From: Callorhinchus milii
Lineage: Eukaryota
NCBI RefSeq assembly: GCF_018977255.1
Contig: NW_024704742.1
Span: 17,362,001 to 17,426,000 of the forward strand
DNA: 64,000 bases
Direction: 5' to 3'
Within the stretch, counting starts at the first letter, position 1. Every line of letters begins with the position of its first letter. The notes beneath the pieces are model-generated. The model searched no databases. It was not told the origin of the DNA and saw only the letters and a program-made list of their open reading frames with translations. Below, in pieces: positions 24,804 through 38,660 of the stretch. The translations under genes were made by a program, and so were the position numbers.

Positions 24804-26247
24804 ACCAGTAAACTAGAAGAAACTCCCTCCTTTTGACTAACACCAGGATCTTTTACATTCACCTGAGATCAGGTAGATAGGACTTCAGTTTAGTAATTGG
24901 AAAATGGCACCACCAACAGTACAGCCCTACCCCTATCCCCACCCATCCCACCAGTACTGAACTGGACTCCAGGAGGCATCTTGTTCTACCCATTCTCCTC
25001 TATCTCTGCTTGCTCTATTTGCGATAGCTCTGCCTGTCCCGTAATTCCTCCCCAACCTCCTCGGCTGTGTTCTGCTTTCAAGTTTCTTGCAGCTCTGTGC
25101 TAGCATTTTATCCTGTGACCTTCTATCTCTCGTTAGAATCTGAGGAACATATTTCCATTCCAGAATTCCCCCCTGTTTCCTTTCAGATTGCTTGCTTATG
25201 TCAATTCAGCTCAAGCAGTAAAGTATTAACTTTGTTTAAAAAAAACATTCTCTGATTATCTACAGTGAGTCCCAGAGGAATTATCAAATGCACCACCTGT
25301 CGCACAAAGCCATATGGACCACATAATCTCAGGCTTGATATGCGCTGAGTTAACTGCTCTCAGCCCAGAGCACCATGTAAGGTGCTGCAATAATACTCAG
25401 CATCAATTGGTTAAGGGAAAATCATCAGGAATTCATACTCCACACAAGCCTGAAATTTCTGATGATCTCAACCTGAAGACCATTGTCTCAACATTTCAGG
25501 TCAGGCAGAACTTTGGAATATTTACAGTTCCTTTAAGAGCTGTTGGTTTCAAAATTAAGAGGGAATTGAAGAATTTGGCAAGTTACGCATGCTCACAAAT
25601 ACTGGGTAGAAAGGCAATGCATGTCTAGACTCAGGTGGAGTTTCTCTCCCCTAAGATATCAAGCTTGCTGCCTCTGAGCTGCGTTGTTTTCGGCCACACC
25701 AAAGCACTTGGCCTACCCATTGGCCATGGTAACCAAAGAGCGTCCTGAAAATGTATGTAGGGTAAACATGTGCGCACAAGGTTGTGTACACGTCCCAAAA
25801 AACGTGTGCACAACCTTGTACCATAAAGAACGGAATGTTTGTTTTTGTATCGGGAGGAAGGGAAAAATTGTAACAGAAGTTGTTGTGTTTGTTTTGGATT
25901 TCTGTTGTACTAAATATATTTATAAATAAATACATATTTTCAAAAAAACCAAAAAAAAATTGGCCATGGGAGGAGCTGCAATGGTGCATTTACACATTGT
26001 TCCAGCGTGTATTTTGTAAACAAAGAACAATTTGCTAAATTGTCTTCATGAGACAGACTCCCTTTAAGATAGTGGCACCAAAAAAACCTTGAACCCAAGG
26101 TGAATTTTAGGATTGTAAATAATCCACAGTAAAACTTCATCCTGAAAGTTTAGAGACCGTTATTTGAGTTTCTGAAGTCACTATGTTTCTGTTGAAGATT
26201 GTATTTGCAGTTGTAGTCATTTAAGTGGGTTTTACACATACCATGCC

Positions 26248-26336
26248 TTAAGGAAAGGGAACTCTCGAATGGAAAGGCAGGCATCGTCTGTGCCAACAAT
26301 TGCGTCGTTGCATTTTTTTCCGTCTCCAACTATTAC
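26248..26336 (-). CDS. APELA: APELA coding exon 2 (mature peptide)
   Basis: TTTTTTCAG| acceptor; encodes (G)NSWRRKKMQRRNCWHRRCLPFHSRVPFP*, ending in the conserved Elabela motif HSRVPFP with both cysteines. A donor (G|GTATGT) 6 nt after the stop implies a non-coding 3' exon. Confidence 0.97.
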
Positions 26337-27047
26337 CTGAAAAAAATTGGGACATTTGGGGAGGTTGCAAAATTAATCTGAACATTTCTAGAGATGGGAC
26401 TCAGGAATGCAGCCGGCACCCAGCACATTGTTAAAGCTGTTCCCTGAATATTGTCAGTCCTTTTTGTGTACGCTTGAAGGCTTGACTTGTGCTATTCAGT
26501 CAATTAACCTCTCGTTACATAGCACAGATTCTTTTTAAGACAGAATTGTTCTTTCCTTTTGAGCACTCTGAATACGCTCAAAGTTGTAACAAAACTCTAG
26601 AAAACCGAGTCATTTTTACTCTAAAAATTAACTGAATAAAATGAATACACAGTTCTACTACATCTCACTTACTTCTGGTGACAGGCACTCACTATTTTTG
26701 TTGGTGTGAGAGTAATATCTTTCTATCCATCTCACAGTGAAAAGCAACAAGTGTATTTTTCACTATAGTGCTTTCCTCAAAACATTTTGATTAGTCTGAT
26801 CTTATGAAATACTAATCCTCAAAAAATGTAGGACTTACACCATATAAAGCATTATCAAAAGATATTTTGACGTGATAAGGCAATATATTAAAATCATTGC
26901 TATTTTTAGTTATTTTGTAAGCACCGTTAAACTCTTCAACCAAATATGTTAAGCAGTACTATTAACCAATGTTTTTTGCACAAGTTGCTCCAAATAAGTA
27001 TCACATAATAGATTTATCTACTAAAAGTTCATGAACCATTCTCTTAC

Positions 27048-27123
27048 CTGACTTCTGTCCACTGATGAGCAGAAGACTTGTGCATAAAAGAAGAATGATG
27101 TGAAGGAGGTGCTGAAATCTCAT
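27048..27123 (-). CDS. APELA: APELA coding exon 1 (signal peptide)
   Basis: MRFQHLLHIILLLCTSLLLISGQKS, AG|GTAAG donor, phase 1; compare human MRFQQFLFAFFIFIMSLLLISGQRP. 76+89 = 165 nt (54 aa plus stop). Confidence 0.97.
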
Positions 27124-27499
27124 TTTGTTTCTTCCCGTTGAGATCTTGCTGAGGTGGATGGAGCACTGAACGTCCCAACACTGACAACAATCTTCAGATC
27201 CCCAACCCAATGACCGAGCAGCAAACACGTTATTATGGCAAGTGCCTAGCTCAACTCACTTGCTGCTTTTCCCAACAAAGTTAATGGTCGCATCGGGCAA
27301 GGTTATTGGTTATTAGCTGTAGTCAGGGCCTCTTTCTTTGTACGGGGTAAATTCACACCCCCTCTTTTCCATAGGCAAACAACTGAGAAGAAAGCCATGT
27401 AAACAGTAATTGTCGGTCTGTGGATGGGTAAGCAGAGCCCCAGAACAAAGAGACCTTCCCCTTCCAATTCAGCCTGTCGGAGGAATATGTATGGAGTGT

Positions 27500-27670
27500 G
27501 ATGCGCTTCTATTTACAAGTGTTTAACTTTGCATAGCACATATTGATCCCATATGTCAAAAACCCTGGAAGCAATAGGAAGTGCCCCCTCCCAACCCTTT
27601 GTCGCACTATGCAAGAATGGGGAGGCACGTACCTATTAATTTTGCACGTGGAGCATTGTCATGCATCGTC
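27500..27670 (-). promoter_or_regulatory. Candidate APELA promoter
   Basis: TAAATA TATA-like box on - strand (~27510-27515), octamer-like ATGCAAAG (27527-27534, -), Sox-Oct-like CATTGTCATGCAT (27654-27666). Motif reading only. Confidence 0.4.
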
Positions 27671-30600
27671 AGTATTGCTGTTGTGTTGCTGTCTGCTCCA
27701 AAACTTTAACCGTTAGCCTAGCAAGGTTTTTATGTGGGAATGAATCCTCTCTTGTATCTCTGCTCAGGATCATGTATTCTGGGCTGAACTGTTGATCAGT
27801 TTAGATTTCTTCATCAAATGCCTTCATTTTAGAATTCTGTGAGATTTAAGGCAAAGTGCTAAATGACCCTCTTATTCATAAGAACAGTACATGTTATTTA
27901 ATCTGTCAGAGACCAAAGAAACACTCAATTCATAGCCCTTCACCCTATCACCCTTCAGCAGTGCAGAGATATCATGGTACACATAGTTTTACCAATAGTT
28001 TTATTATGTTTGCTAACTGCAACTAACATTCCTCATAGAGATGCTTTACAGTTTAAAGATGTAAAATGGACAATTGTTAGTTAGCAATTGCTATTTTATA
28101 AATGCAATCATGTTGTTGTTGTTTTAGACAAAACTACATTGGTGTTTTGGTTTATGATTTATAAAATCTCCATTGTTTAATTCCAGTGTTTAATTCCAGT
28201 GTTTTACATGAAAAGCATGACCTCACTCCCAAATTCTTGATTTTCTGGTCTGTATAAAGTGCAATTTTTTTTAAACTCTTAAATTATTTCCTTTCATGTG
28301 GTTTGTGGCAGAGAGTAATTTGCCATCCTGAATATCATTAACCCCCGCTAGGCAGGTGCAACATTTAAAGTGTCCTTGAGGTGTTGTTCCATACATTTGA
28401 TATTGAAAGCAGGTTTGTTGTGGTGTGGGAGCACTATGTCTTGATTAGATCAAGATGCAGATATAATTGACTCCATATTCTAGTTAATCCTTCTAGTTAA
28501 TGCATCATCGTTGACTTATTGGATACCTAATACCTTTATTATACTAGCCTTTTTGGTGCCAGAATTGCTTTGAATGTAAAGGTTTATAATGCGATGGAGA
28601 AAATAAACCCAAAGCAATACTTTGGGATGAACTGAGACAACAGAACAAGAGGACCCAGGTTTAGAGTTACAAAGGATCATTTTAGGACAGACACCAGAAA
28701 GTAATTAATGACTGGTACCCGTTACCAGGGAAGGAGGGTTGAGGCCAAGACATTGGACTCATTTTTAAAAAAAACAGCCAGATGCTTTGATGGGAGAAAA
28801 ATAGGGTGGGTATTTTGGAAGGATGAGATCAAGCAGGCCGAAAGACCTTCTTCATCCAAACAGTTTGTTGATCTTGTAAATATTGGCTAGATGAAATATC
28901 GCACTTATCACACTGAAATGCCTCAAAAGTCTTCACAGAGTTCTCTGTAAAGTGAAGTGACTGCATCTGTAGGTGAATGCAGCAGCCAATTTGTGCACAA
29001 CCAGTAGCCCACAATTAACCATGAAGTGAATGACTAATTTTCAATCTAGGGAATTGTTGGCCTGAACACCTGGAAAAAAATTCATTAGCACAAAAATACC
29101 AATGTGACACTTTATCACAAAAGATGAGCTGGAATCCTAGGGATTTTATTGATGTGGGTATTAAATGAGCAGGTGTAACCAATGCAAGTCACACAGGAAA
29201 GGAATATCTGTGCATATGAAGAGCTGGTAAGAGAAGTCAGTGGACAACTAATTCTCTGACTGTAGTTTATCCTGCCCCTCCTGTTGTTTTATGATTAATG
29301 CTCACGTGGAGGTACTGATACACTTATGCAACCCCAGGACTTTAGTTTGAAAGTCCCATTGTCTTCTATGATGTCTCATTCTCATGGTTAATGTCATCTG
29401 ACCCCCTGAGTCAAGTTGCATGCTGGCTCAGGTTTTTGGTCTTCAGATTGACACCACTTCAGACTGGATAAGGTTTTGAAAAACAAGTGCCGTCTGAATG
29501 GGCTAATCGTCAGAAAGAAGCCCTCTCAGATCATCACAATTCCAAGCATATCTTGCATTGCATTGAGAACCTCCAGATAATTCAGACATTATTCTACCCT
29601 CTTGACCTCCCAAACACACACAGTTACTAATCCACCATGTAAATACCTTTGTCTCCACTATTTTTCTGCTATCCCTTCCATTTCTGAAGGTGAGACTGAC
29701 TTATTCTGGAATAGAGATCTGTAAGAGCCCATTCATACCCTCCTCCCCCCACCTCACTTATGTAGTCATTTTTTATGTGCGAGGCTTTAATGTTAGTTAC
29801 TATTCAACGCTGGGGAGAACATTGAAATAAACTGTTCTCTGATGCCCACAGACTTGTACATCCATCAGAGGAATCTATAGGGATCAGGAGTGCAAATTGT
29901 CTGATTTTTCCCCTTTCCTCTTCCTAAGTGGTAAAGAGATGGTATTGAGGCAAACTGTGGCTTTCCTACGCCCTCCCTGGCTGTGACTAGCCAACTCAGA
30001 ACAGAGCCTTCTCTGATATTCGCTGGATAAACTCACTGATCCATAGCTAAACCACACCGTGAAATTCATACACGAACACCCACTGGAGGCAAAGAGATTA
30101 AAACAGCTGTCTGTCTACAGCTGTCACGGAGCTGGAGAACAGTGCACTGGTTATCTCAGAGGCAACGGAAACTTAGGCATTGAGATACAAAGACTAGGAG
30201 AGTGAAAGAAGCCACAAAAGAAGAACCACAAGAAATACAGTTAGAAAAGACACGAGTATGTAATGAGAATCAACGTAACAGTAGATCACGAGTCATATAT
30301 ATAACCTCAGACAAAATTGTTTCCTGTGAGCATAGTTGGTGACACTTTTTCCTCTATGTTCAAGCCACACAGTTGGAACTTTATCTCATAGTCTACATTG
30401 AGACGGCAGTGCATTGCTAGGGGTGGGTATTAAATTGTTGGAGCTGCTGTCCTTTAGAAGAGATGTTAAACTGAGGTCCTGCCTGGTCAACTGTTCAGAT
30501 GGATGTCAAAGAGCTCACAACACTATTAAAAAAGAGAAGAAATTTAGCCCTCCAGTTAAATTGATTATTCACTTCATTATTCTTGCAGAACGCCTGCCGT

Positions 30601-31399
30601 GTTTCAAACACAAAATCATTGTACTTAACAGCATTTTTTTATGAAGTGCTTTTGACATTACAGTTTCTACAACAAATGCAAGGATTATTATTAACAGTAT
30701 AAGTGAAAATAAAGAGTATGATTATCATCAATGAAGAACACGTTTTTGGCATTGTTTATGACTTTGCTAGAATTTGGTCAAACTTCATATTTTTACAAAC
30801 GTCTAAACTGCTCCAGTTTCCAGTGACAAATTGCTTTGAAACTTATCCCTACCTACAGCCTTGTCACACATTCCAGTCTAGCTGTGCACACAATGATAAA
30901 TAACCCTGCAGTAAACCCAACCCTACTTTGTCAGTCAAATCATGGTGCAATCCTTCAGTGATAATATCCCCGATGGTTTTAATGACATCGTTTTCTATCT
31001 AAGGTGGAAACATGTTGATTTGTTTCCATACCGTGTAATTGTCAGTTCAGCAACATAAAATAAAACTCTATTTACCCATTTTTAATGACATTAAAATTAT
31101 ACTAAACCTAGAAAGAGGCATGTCCTATTTTCTATTCAAACATCTACTTTATTCTTTTAGCATTTCCTGCTCGTGTTATTACATGACAGTTTAAACAAAA
31201 GAAAGTTTTTGATGAAGGCTATTACAACTTATCTCCCTCCCTTTACCCTTCCATCTCACTCCCTCTCTATCTGTCTTTAAGTCTTGCCTTAAAAGCTTCC
31301 TCTTTGACAATGCCTACGGTTACCTCTCCCCTCTCCATCTTTGTAAAGTTCACAATATATTATCCTACGTGAAGAGTGCAAGTTTTGTTGTTGCCCCAT

Positions 31400-31610
31400 C
31401 ACAACAACAACAACAAAACTACATTTATAGAGCGCCTTTCACGTCAGGAGGACCTCCCAAGGCGCTAGACAGTCGGGGTCAGGACCCGAGCATCGGGGAG
31501 GGGAGGGATAGGGGTGAGGGAAGGCACGATCGAAGAAGAGGGTCTTGAGACCAGCCTTGAAGGAGGCAAGGGAGAAAGCGAGATGAAGGGACTGTGTGAT
31601 GAGTTTCAGA
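31400..31610 (-). mobile_element. L2 LINE 3' fragment
   Basis: (CAA)n, tail and SLASFKAGLKTLFFDRAF. A related fragment lies at 32905-33150. Confidence 0.8.
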
Positions 31611-34600
31611 CTCAACACAGTCTGTTGAGTCACCCAAGGGAGGAAATGAACCTCAGGTTCCTGCAATGAATTCCTGTAATGAACATCCCAATTGATAAAG
31701 CTAACTCATCCATAGTTCCTGCTCCTGTTTGCTATCCCTTGCTGGAGATACATATGATTGGACATTGAGTGAGAACAGAATCCAGAACAACAGTGATCAC
31801 CCTGCGCGGTCGATAGCCTGCAAACACTCACGGCTAAACTCATATATGTTGACTGGCTACGTGGGTGATATAACATGGGACAGCTAGGATTTACCTCACA
31901 GCCAGTTAATGCCTGCAGGAAAGAGGGGAGAGAAACAACCCAAAAATATGTTGTCCTTTGAATACTTGGAAAAAACAGTAAATTGTAATTTTGTGTCTAA
32001 GTTTCTGAGAAGGACTGCAAGACATCCTTTTGAAGGGAACTATATCAATGCCAACTGTTGTTATTCTAAGTGATTTTTTAAAAATCTTGTTACACAAGAT
32101 ATATTATTGTATAGAATCGAGTCCTGTACCATAATGGTTAACCCGCTCACCTCGCAAGCAAGAGGACCTGGGTTCGTTTCCCCATGTGTGGCGAAATCTT
32201 ACGCAAGTTTCCCTACTCCACACACTCCTGTTTATCTAGTAGTAAGTAGGAACCCAGTTGTTAGTCAGTTGGCAGATTGCTGTCCGGGGGTAATAATCCC
32301 TCCAAAAAAATATTGTCACTCAATCTATGACTGTTTGTGGGACACTGTTGTGTGCAATTTGCTGCCGCATTTCATCCCAAAAATATGGTAAAGGTTTTAC
32401 TGTCAATCAAGTTTAAATGTTGAAATTAATTTAACTTTTTTTATAGATACTTAGATATCAGTCCGTTGGAACAATGCCCTATTAAGATTCAGAACTCCAT
32501 GAGTAGGAGAAGAGAGAAATTTGAGAATGGTAAATCTATATGTATAATAATGTCTGTGAAATATCTAACTCCACTGATAATCAAGGGAAAACAATATTAT
32601 TAATACACCCACCTTTTAATAGCTCCAAGTGCTGTTAAAAAAGCATTAAATTACTTTCATTCTTTAAGATGAATTTTAAAAAGTGCAAGTGATTCAGCTA
32701 ACGTAATGATACAATTAATCACAATTGTACATTCACAGATCTGAACTGACTTTGTCTAATATATGTGCTAGGTTGTTAGCACTTCTGTGATAGAGCAGAG
32801 AACTGCTGGACCTCACTTGGGGAAGACAAAGTAGGTTCAGTTGAAAACCAGGTGCAGAATGCTAATATCTGATTGCTCGGGCTAATGAGGTAAAGGAAGG
32901 CAGCAGCAACAACAACAACAACAACAAGATTCCATTTATAGAGCGCCTTTCACGTCAGGAGGACGTCCCAAGGCGCTGCACAGTTGGGTCATGACCCGAG
33001 CAGGGGGGAAATGGTCAGGGTGAGGGGAGGGAAGGGAGGGAGGGAGAGAGGAGGGGGGAAATGGTCAGGGTGAGGGGAGGGAAGGGAGGGAGCGAGGAGG
33101 AGGAAGAGGGTCGAGAGGGGAGCTGAAGGCACGGTCGAGAGGGGAGCTGAAGGCAGACAGTTTAATAGAGCTTCCCCATCCACTCCCTCCCACATCCAGC
33201 ATTGAAGGCAAAGGCGCTGTGGGATTCTGCGGATTGTTTCCCTTTTATTCATTTGGTGATGGTTTGTTTTGATCTATACATTTCTTTTGAGTTTATAAAA
33301 ATAAACTTACTGTTTGATTCTGGGCCTAAGCATTGTCATCTCTCACAGTGGATAACTATTGGTTAGGTCAGGGTATTAAGGGATACAGGGCAAGGCCAAG
33401 TGATTGGACTTGAGGTACAGATCAGCTATGATCTTATAGAATAGCTTGAGGGGCTGAATGGCCTCCTCCTGCTTCTATGTCTTATCTGAATTGTACTTTA
33501 TAAATACAAGTTGTTGTTTTATTTTTTGACAGTTTTCTTCCATATTTCTAACCAATAGGCTTTTTGCTACTTTTGCTGTTTAGCAGTTCCAGAGATACAA
33601 TCAGTTTCCACCTGAGGGATTTTTATTCATATATGAGACATTAGAGTGCATTGTAGCAGGCTATTTAATTGTGAATTCAAATTTGAATCCTCAACTGAGT
33701 CCTCACTTGAGTCCTTGAGCCCTCAATATCCAAACTCACACACCTTCTAGCAAGTGCCTCTGGATCAGGAGCAGAACCTTGGCTGATTTTCTTTTCCTTA
33801 ACCCAGGGATGAAGTTACCAATTATGAGCATCCTAAACCATTGCATTGGGTGGCATAAGATAACAGCACAGACCAGGAGGTGAAATATAACTTTCAATAA
33901 TATAATTATTGTCATTATTAATTATTGCATCACTGAAAATATAAATTCAAAACTGTCTAACTATTGACAAATTTGAGTGAACACCTCACTCCCACAAATT
34001 CCATTCCAAGATGAAAGCTGCAATTTGCTCATTGAATGTCTGTTAATGCTACATTTTAACTCCTCAGTAAGCTTTGCATTTTTGCTTGTTGTATCGTCAG
34101 CAAGAGAAAAAATGATGCAAGGAGGCTAGCATGGTAGAAGTGGCAATATGCATCCTTTGTTTGGTGTGTTATGTTGATGACAGCACAGCCAGGCTGGCTC
34201 ATTGGCAGATCCTGGAAGAGCAGACCAGTCACTGGGCCAGGGAGTCATCCCACTCAGATCCTGTTACCCTGCAAGTCAAAGCCCTAATGGGTAGGGTGGT
34301 CCTATCTGGACAAGCAGCGGGAAAGCTTGCTGGACAGCAATATCAATGGCAAGCTACGTGGTTTAGCTGGTTAGACACCAGGTTTTAACCCAATGCACAC
34401 TCTGGGGTCCCTAAGCCTTGGCTCTTGCCAACCTACGCCTAATACTTTCTGGAATTAAGTAAACAGGATGTGTCCCTCCAGGGTGAAAGTGCGCATTTCA
34501 TTCCAACAATCTTTCTCTGGGATTTCCATGTGTAGATCGGATGCATGGAATTCTCATCTTAGTTTGGATAGTTTTGAGCATGGTGATGGGTTTCCACATG

Positions 34601-36556
34601 TTGTGGACACCTGACTGACCAAAAATAAAGTGTGTTGGTTCAGGAGTGAATCCTTGCACCTTTACAGCAGCCTGTGATTTCTAAACCAGAATCATTTTGG
34701 GAGCGAGACTCCTTCTGAATAACTCAGAATAAACTATAGAATAATACCATAAAATCCACCCGACATTTCAATGGCACTATTTGAAAAGTGAAGGGAATTT
34801 CTTCCAGTGTCCTGGCCAACAATCCATCAAATAAAATGGTCACTCACTGCATGGTAGTTTGTGGGAAATTGTTTATGCAAATTGGCTGCTGCATTCACCT
34901 ACAAATACTCAATAACATCCTGGCTTTGAGACATTTCGACAATATGATTAGATGCTTTTTCAAAGGCAAGGATTATTATTAATCTACAAGGTGGTGGAAA
35001 GTCATTTGATCCATTTTATTAAGCCTCAGTTGCTCCTCCAATTAAGATATCCATACTAATCGCAATTATCTGCTCTTTCATCATAGCCTCTAATACCCTT
35101 CCTCTGCATATGTCTATCCAATTCACTTTGTACTGTCCCAATCAACTCTGCTCCAATAGGTATCCTTGAGTATTATTCCACACCCCACCAATTCTCTGAG
35201 AGGAGTTGTTCCCCCAACATATCCTTTCCCACTCCTAGTTATCATCTTAACTTCATTCCCTCTTATCCTTGAATCACCTGGATGGTTTTCAAAAAGGGAT
35301 AATAGAATCAGCAAATTACCACATAAATCCTTAAAAGCCACCCTGATGTTCCTCAGGTTATAAAGTGACTTCTGTGGGCTGGGTTCCCCATTAAATTGAA
35401 TAGGCTTTTGGCAGGTGTTTTGCAACAAGCTTTTCACATGTCTATTCTACTCCCGTTGTGACATGTCTCATGTTACTGATCTTTGGTCTAACATTCCTGT
35501 GATGTCTTTCCACACCTCTAACGCCTTAGTCCAGAAGCATTACATAATGGGATAGTCTCACTTTATAAACTTCAAAGAATCTGAATCCCTTTCTTTGCCT
35601 CTAGCCCACATCTGTATTGCTGTTGTTCATTAAGTAAAACACGTGTCTGAATGTAATTCACGCCACACAATGTAGGAAGCTACAGGAGGCAAAGTGGCAT
35701 ATTTGGGATCAATGGGTGTAAGCAGTGAGGTTAAAAAAGCTGGAGGGAAAAACCCCATCTCCCTAGGGCCGACTGTTTTGCTCTCAGATTTTTTGGGGGA
35801 CAGTAGAAATTGCCAAGTCCAACTTGTCCCTCTCAGAGCAACAAAGGAAGGTTGAATGTGATATTTGCAAAATCACAAATTAGATAACATTTTTTGGAGT
35901 CAGCCAAGTATCTGACACACGTAGAAACCCATCACCATGCTTAAGAGTATCCAACCCAAACTGATAAGTTCCATGCATCTCACCTACACGTGGAATCTCA
36001 GAGATGTTTATTAGAATGGAAAGCGCACTTTCTTCCTGGAGGGATGTATCCTGCTTACCTAATTCAAGAGAGTACAAGGCCCAGGTTTGTAAGAGCCAAT
36101 GCTTAGGGACCCCAGAGTGTGCGTTGGGCTACTGCTGGAGTCTAACCAGCTAAAACCACATAGCTTGCCACATTTAGAGCACTGTCTGGCAAGCTTTCCC
36201 ATCGCTTGTCACAGCTAACACTACCCTAGCCATCAGGGCTTTGGCTTGGAGGGTTAACAGGAGCTGAGTGGGAAGTGACTGGTGTGCCCTTCCAAGTCCT
36301 GCTGATGAGCGAGGCCGGCTTTGCGGTTATCAGCAGGGCCCTGGAATACTGCATACCCGCCTGGCTCAGCAACTGGAATACCAAGACCACCACGATTCAA
36401 TCCCTTCAAATACACTGACTTTTAAATTTCAGCAAAGCAGAACACTAACCTTTTAAAAGCATCACATGTGAAAAGTCATCAAATAGTTTCTTTTTTAATT
36501 GTAAGGCCACAAATGCCAGTACCTTCGCTTTGCAGATGATAGAGGCACAAAAACAA

Positions 36557-36770
36557 AATAATAATCCCTCCAAAACCAAAAACAATAATAAAAAAAATTG
36601 GTCTTTTCAATCTACGACTGTTTGTGGGACATTGCTGTGCGCAATTGGCTGCCGCGTTCGCCCACAAATATACAGTCAATTCACTTTACAGTGTGTTCTG
36701 TGAAGCACTTTGGGACGTCCTCCCGACGTGAAAAGCGCTATATCTAATGCAAGGATTATTATTATTATTA
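36557..36770 (+). mobile_element. 5'-truncated Deu-SINE
   Basis: Body, Deu core and (TTA)n tail nearly identical to 39637-39953. Confidence 0.9.
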
Positions 36771-38281
36771 AACTGCCAGCTGCATATGGAATTCCGATTT
36801 GAGAAGAAAAATTGCAAACTGCAAATTGTGATTAAGGCAACAAAGGCAACAACTGGCTTTCCAAAAGGGCTCAGGATTGTCAGGTAAAATAGGGGTGTGA
36901 TTCATTGGGGCCCACATTTGTGGGGGGTCACCAAAAAGCACATAACATCCGCGAGTATAAACTTGTCGGGCTAAAATGAAACATCTGAACTAGGTCTCAC
37001 TAGCTGCACTGCATTGTCAAAGGTGGTAAACATCAGGGATTATTCACGGGAGCCCTCGAGACTATTCACCAGGGCACTTAGGAAATTTCATATGACCAGT
37101 CTGCCCCTGTCTACAAAAGACCTATCAACAGCCACTTTTATATTACAAGAAGCAGTCTCCTACAAGACATTTATGAATAGTGTGAGTAATATAGTAGCCA
37201 GAACATAGCCTTACAGAACTCTGATAGTTAATGCCCTCATCTCCCAGCCAGAGCTTTTCATTTCTGCCTTCTATTGCTAACATAGTTTTCAGTCTAATTG
37301 GCTAAATTTGCTGTTAATCCCATGAATGTTAACCTAAAGAGGCATATTAAGTGAAACATTATCAAATGCCTTGCGACAAACCAATCAAATAATAGTAATA
37401 ATCCTTGGATTTGATATAGTACTTTATCACGTCATTGAGACGTCTCAAAGCTCTTCACAGAATATATTGTAAAGTCAATTAACGGTGTATTTTGTGGGTT
37501 AAACAAGGAGGCCAATTGTGCACAGCAAATCTACTTGGAGTAGATATAGTATATATATATATACTTGAGTAGCTCTCACCCACTCTATTACTTCCTCAAA
37601 AAATTCCAGTCGATTTGTGAGGCATGACCCATTGCTTTGAAATCTGTTGGCCCTCCGAACAGTCTGTGCTCATTAGATGAACATTAGTAAGGGCCCATTT
37701 TTCTCACTACAGCTGTTACGCTAACTGGGTGCAACTTCAAGGGAGGGTGCGCGCAATGCATTTCAGACAAACAGAACTTCTTGACAGTTTGGAAACTCTT
37801 AAACATGGTGATGCATTTCCAATCTTGCTCAGGTGCAGCTCCAGTGTTTTGGAGCTGCTAAACATATCAACCTTTACTTCTTCTCACAGGTCATAATAAT
37901 AATAATCCTTAAATTTGATCAAGTGCCTTATCATGCAGAGAGGATATCTTAAAGCGCTTCACAGGATATACTGTAAAATGGAGTGATTGTCTGTTGTGTG
38001 CAAACACGGCCCACAAACACGTGGGCAAACACAGACCACAATTTCTTTACGAATTCTATAAGGTGTATTACATCTGGCTCATATGTTTTGTAAACATTCA
38101 GTTCTTTCGGTTACAATGCAACATGGCTGTCAGCCTGGCTCAGTTCTAATAGTTAATCTCTGCAGGGGAAATTAGCTCATATAATGACAGAAAATAAGGT
38201 TGATTTGATGCTCTCTTGGATATGTAACAAAAAGACGATTTTTAATTTTTGACTGCTAGCCACTGTAACTTAGTGTCATAG

Positions 38282-38660
38282 GCGTCAGCCTGGCTCAGTT
38301 AGTATACTCTCACTCTGAGTCAGGGGTTGTGGATTCAAGCCCCACGGCCTTACTTTAAACTCATATAGTCAAGGCTGGAGTGCACTGCATTGTCGAAGGT
38401 GACATCTTCCATATAAGACATTAAGCCAAGGTCCTATCAGGCTGTTCAGGTGGACATTAAAGATCCCATAACACTATTTGAAAAGAGAGGGAAATTTCTC
38501 CCGGTGCCCTAGCCAACAATTCAACAATTTGTTTTACACAAATTGGCTGCCACATTTGCCTACAAATACACAGTCACTAAATTTCACAGTAAAATCCTGT
38601 GAGGTGCTTTGAAACATCTCGATGGCATGATGAGGCATTGTATCAAATGGAAAGATTAAC
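38282..38660 (+). mobile_element. Older Deu-SINE with a different (SacSINE1-like) tRNA head
   Basis: Head GTCAGCCTGGCTCAGTTAGTATACTCTCACTCTGAGTCAG...GGATTCAAGCCCCAC, diverged Deu core AAATTGGCTGCC and tail. Family name from recall. Confidence 0.6.

Noticed and set aside
27124..27228. Longer N-terminus for APELA in the ORF track
   Set aside because: Non-ATG start; the ATG at 27123 gives the canonical 54-aa precursor.
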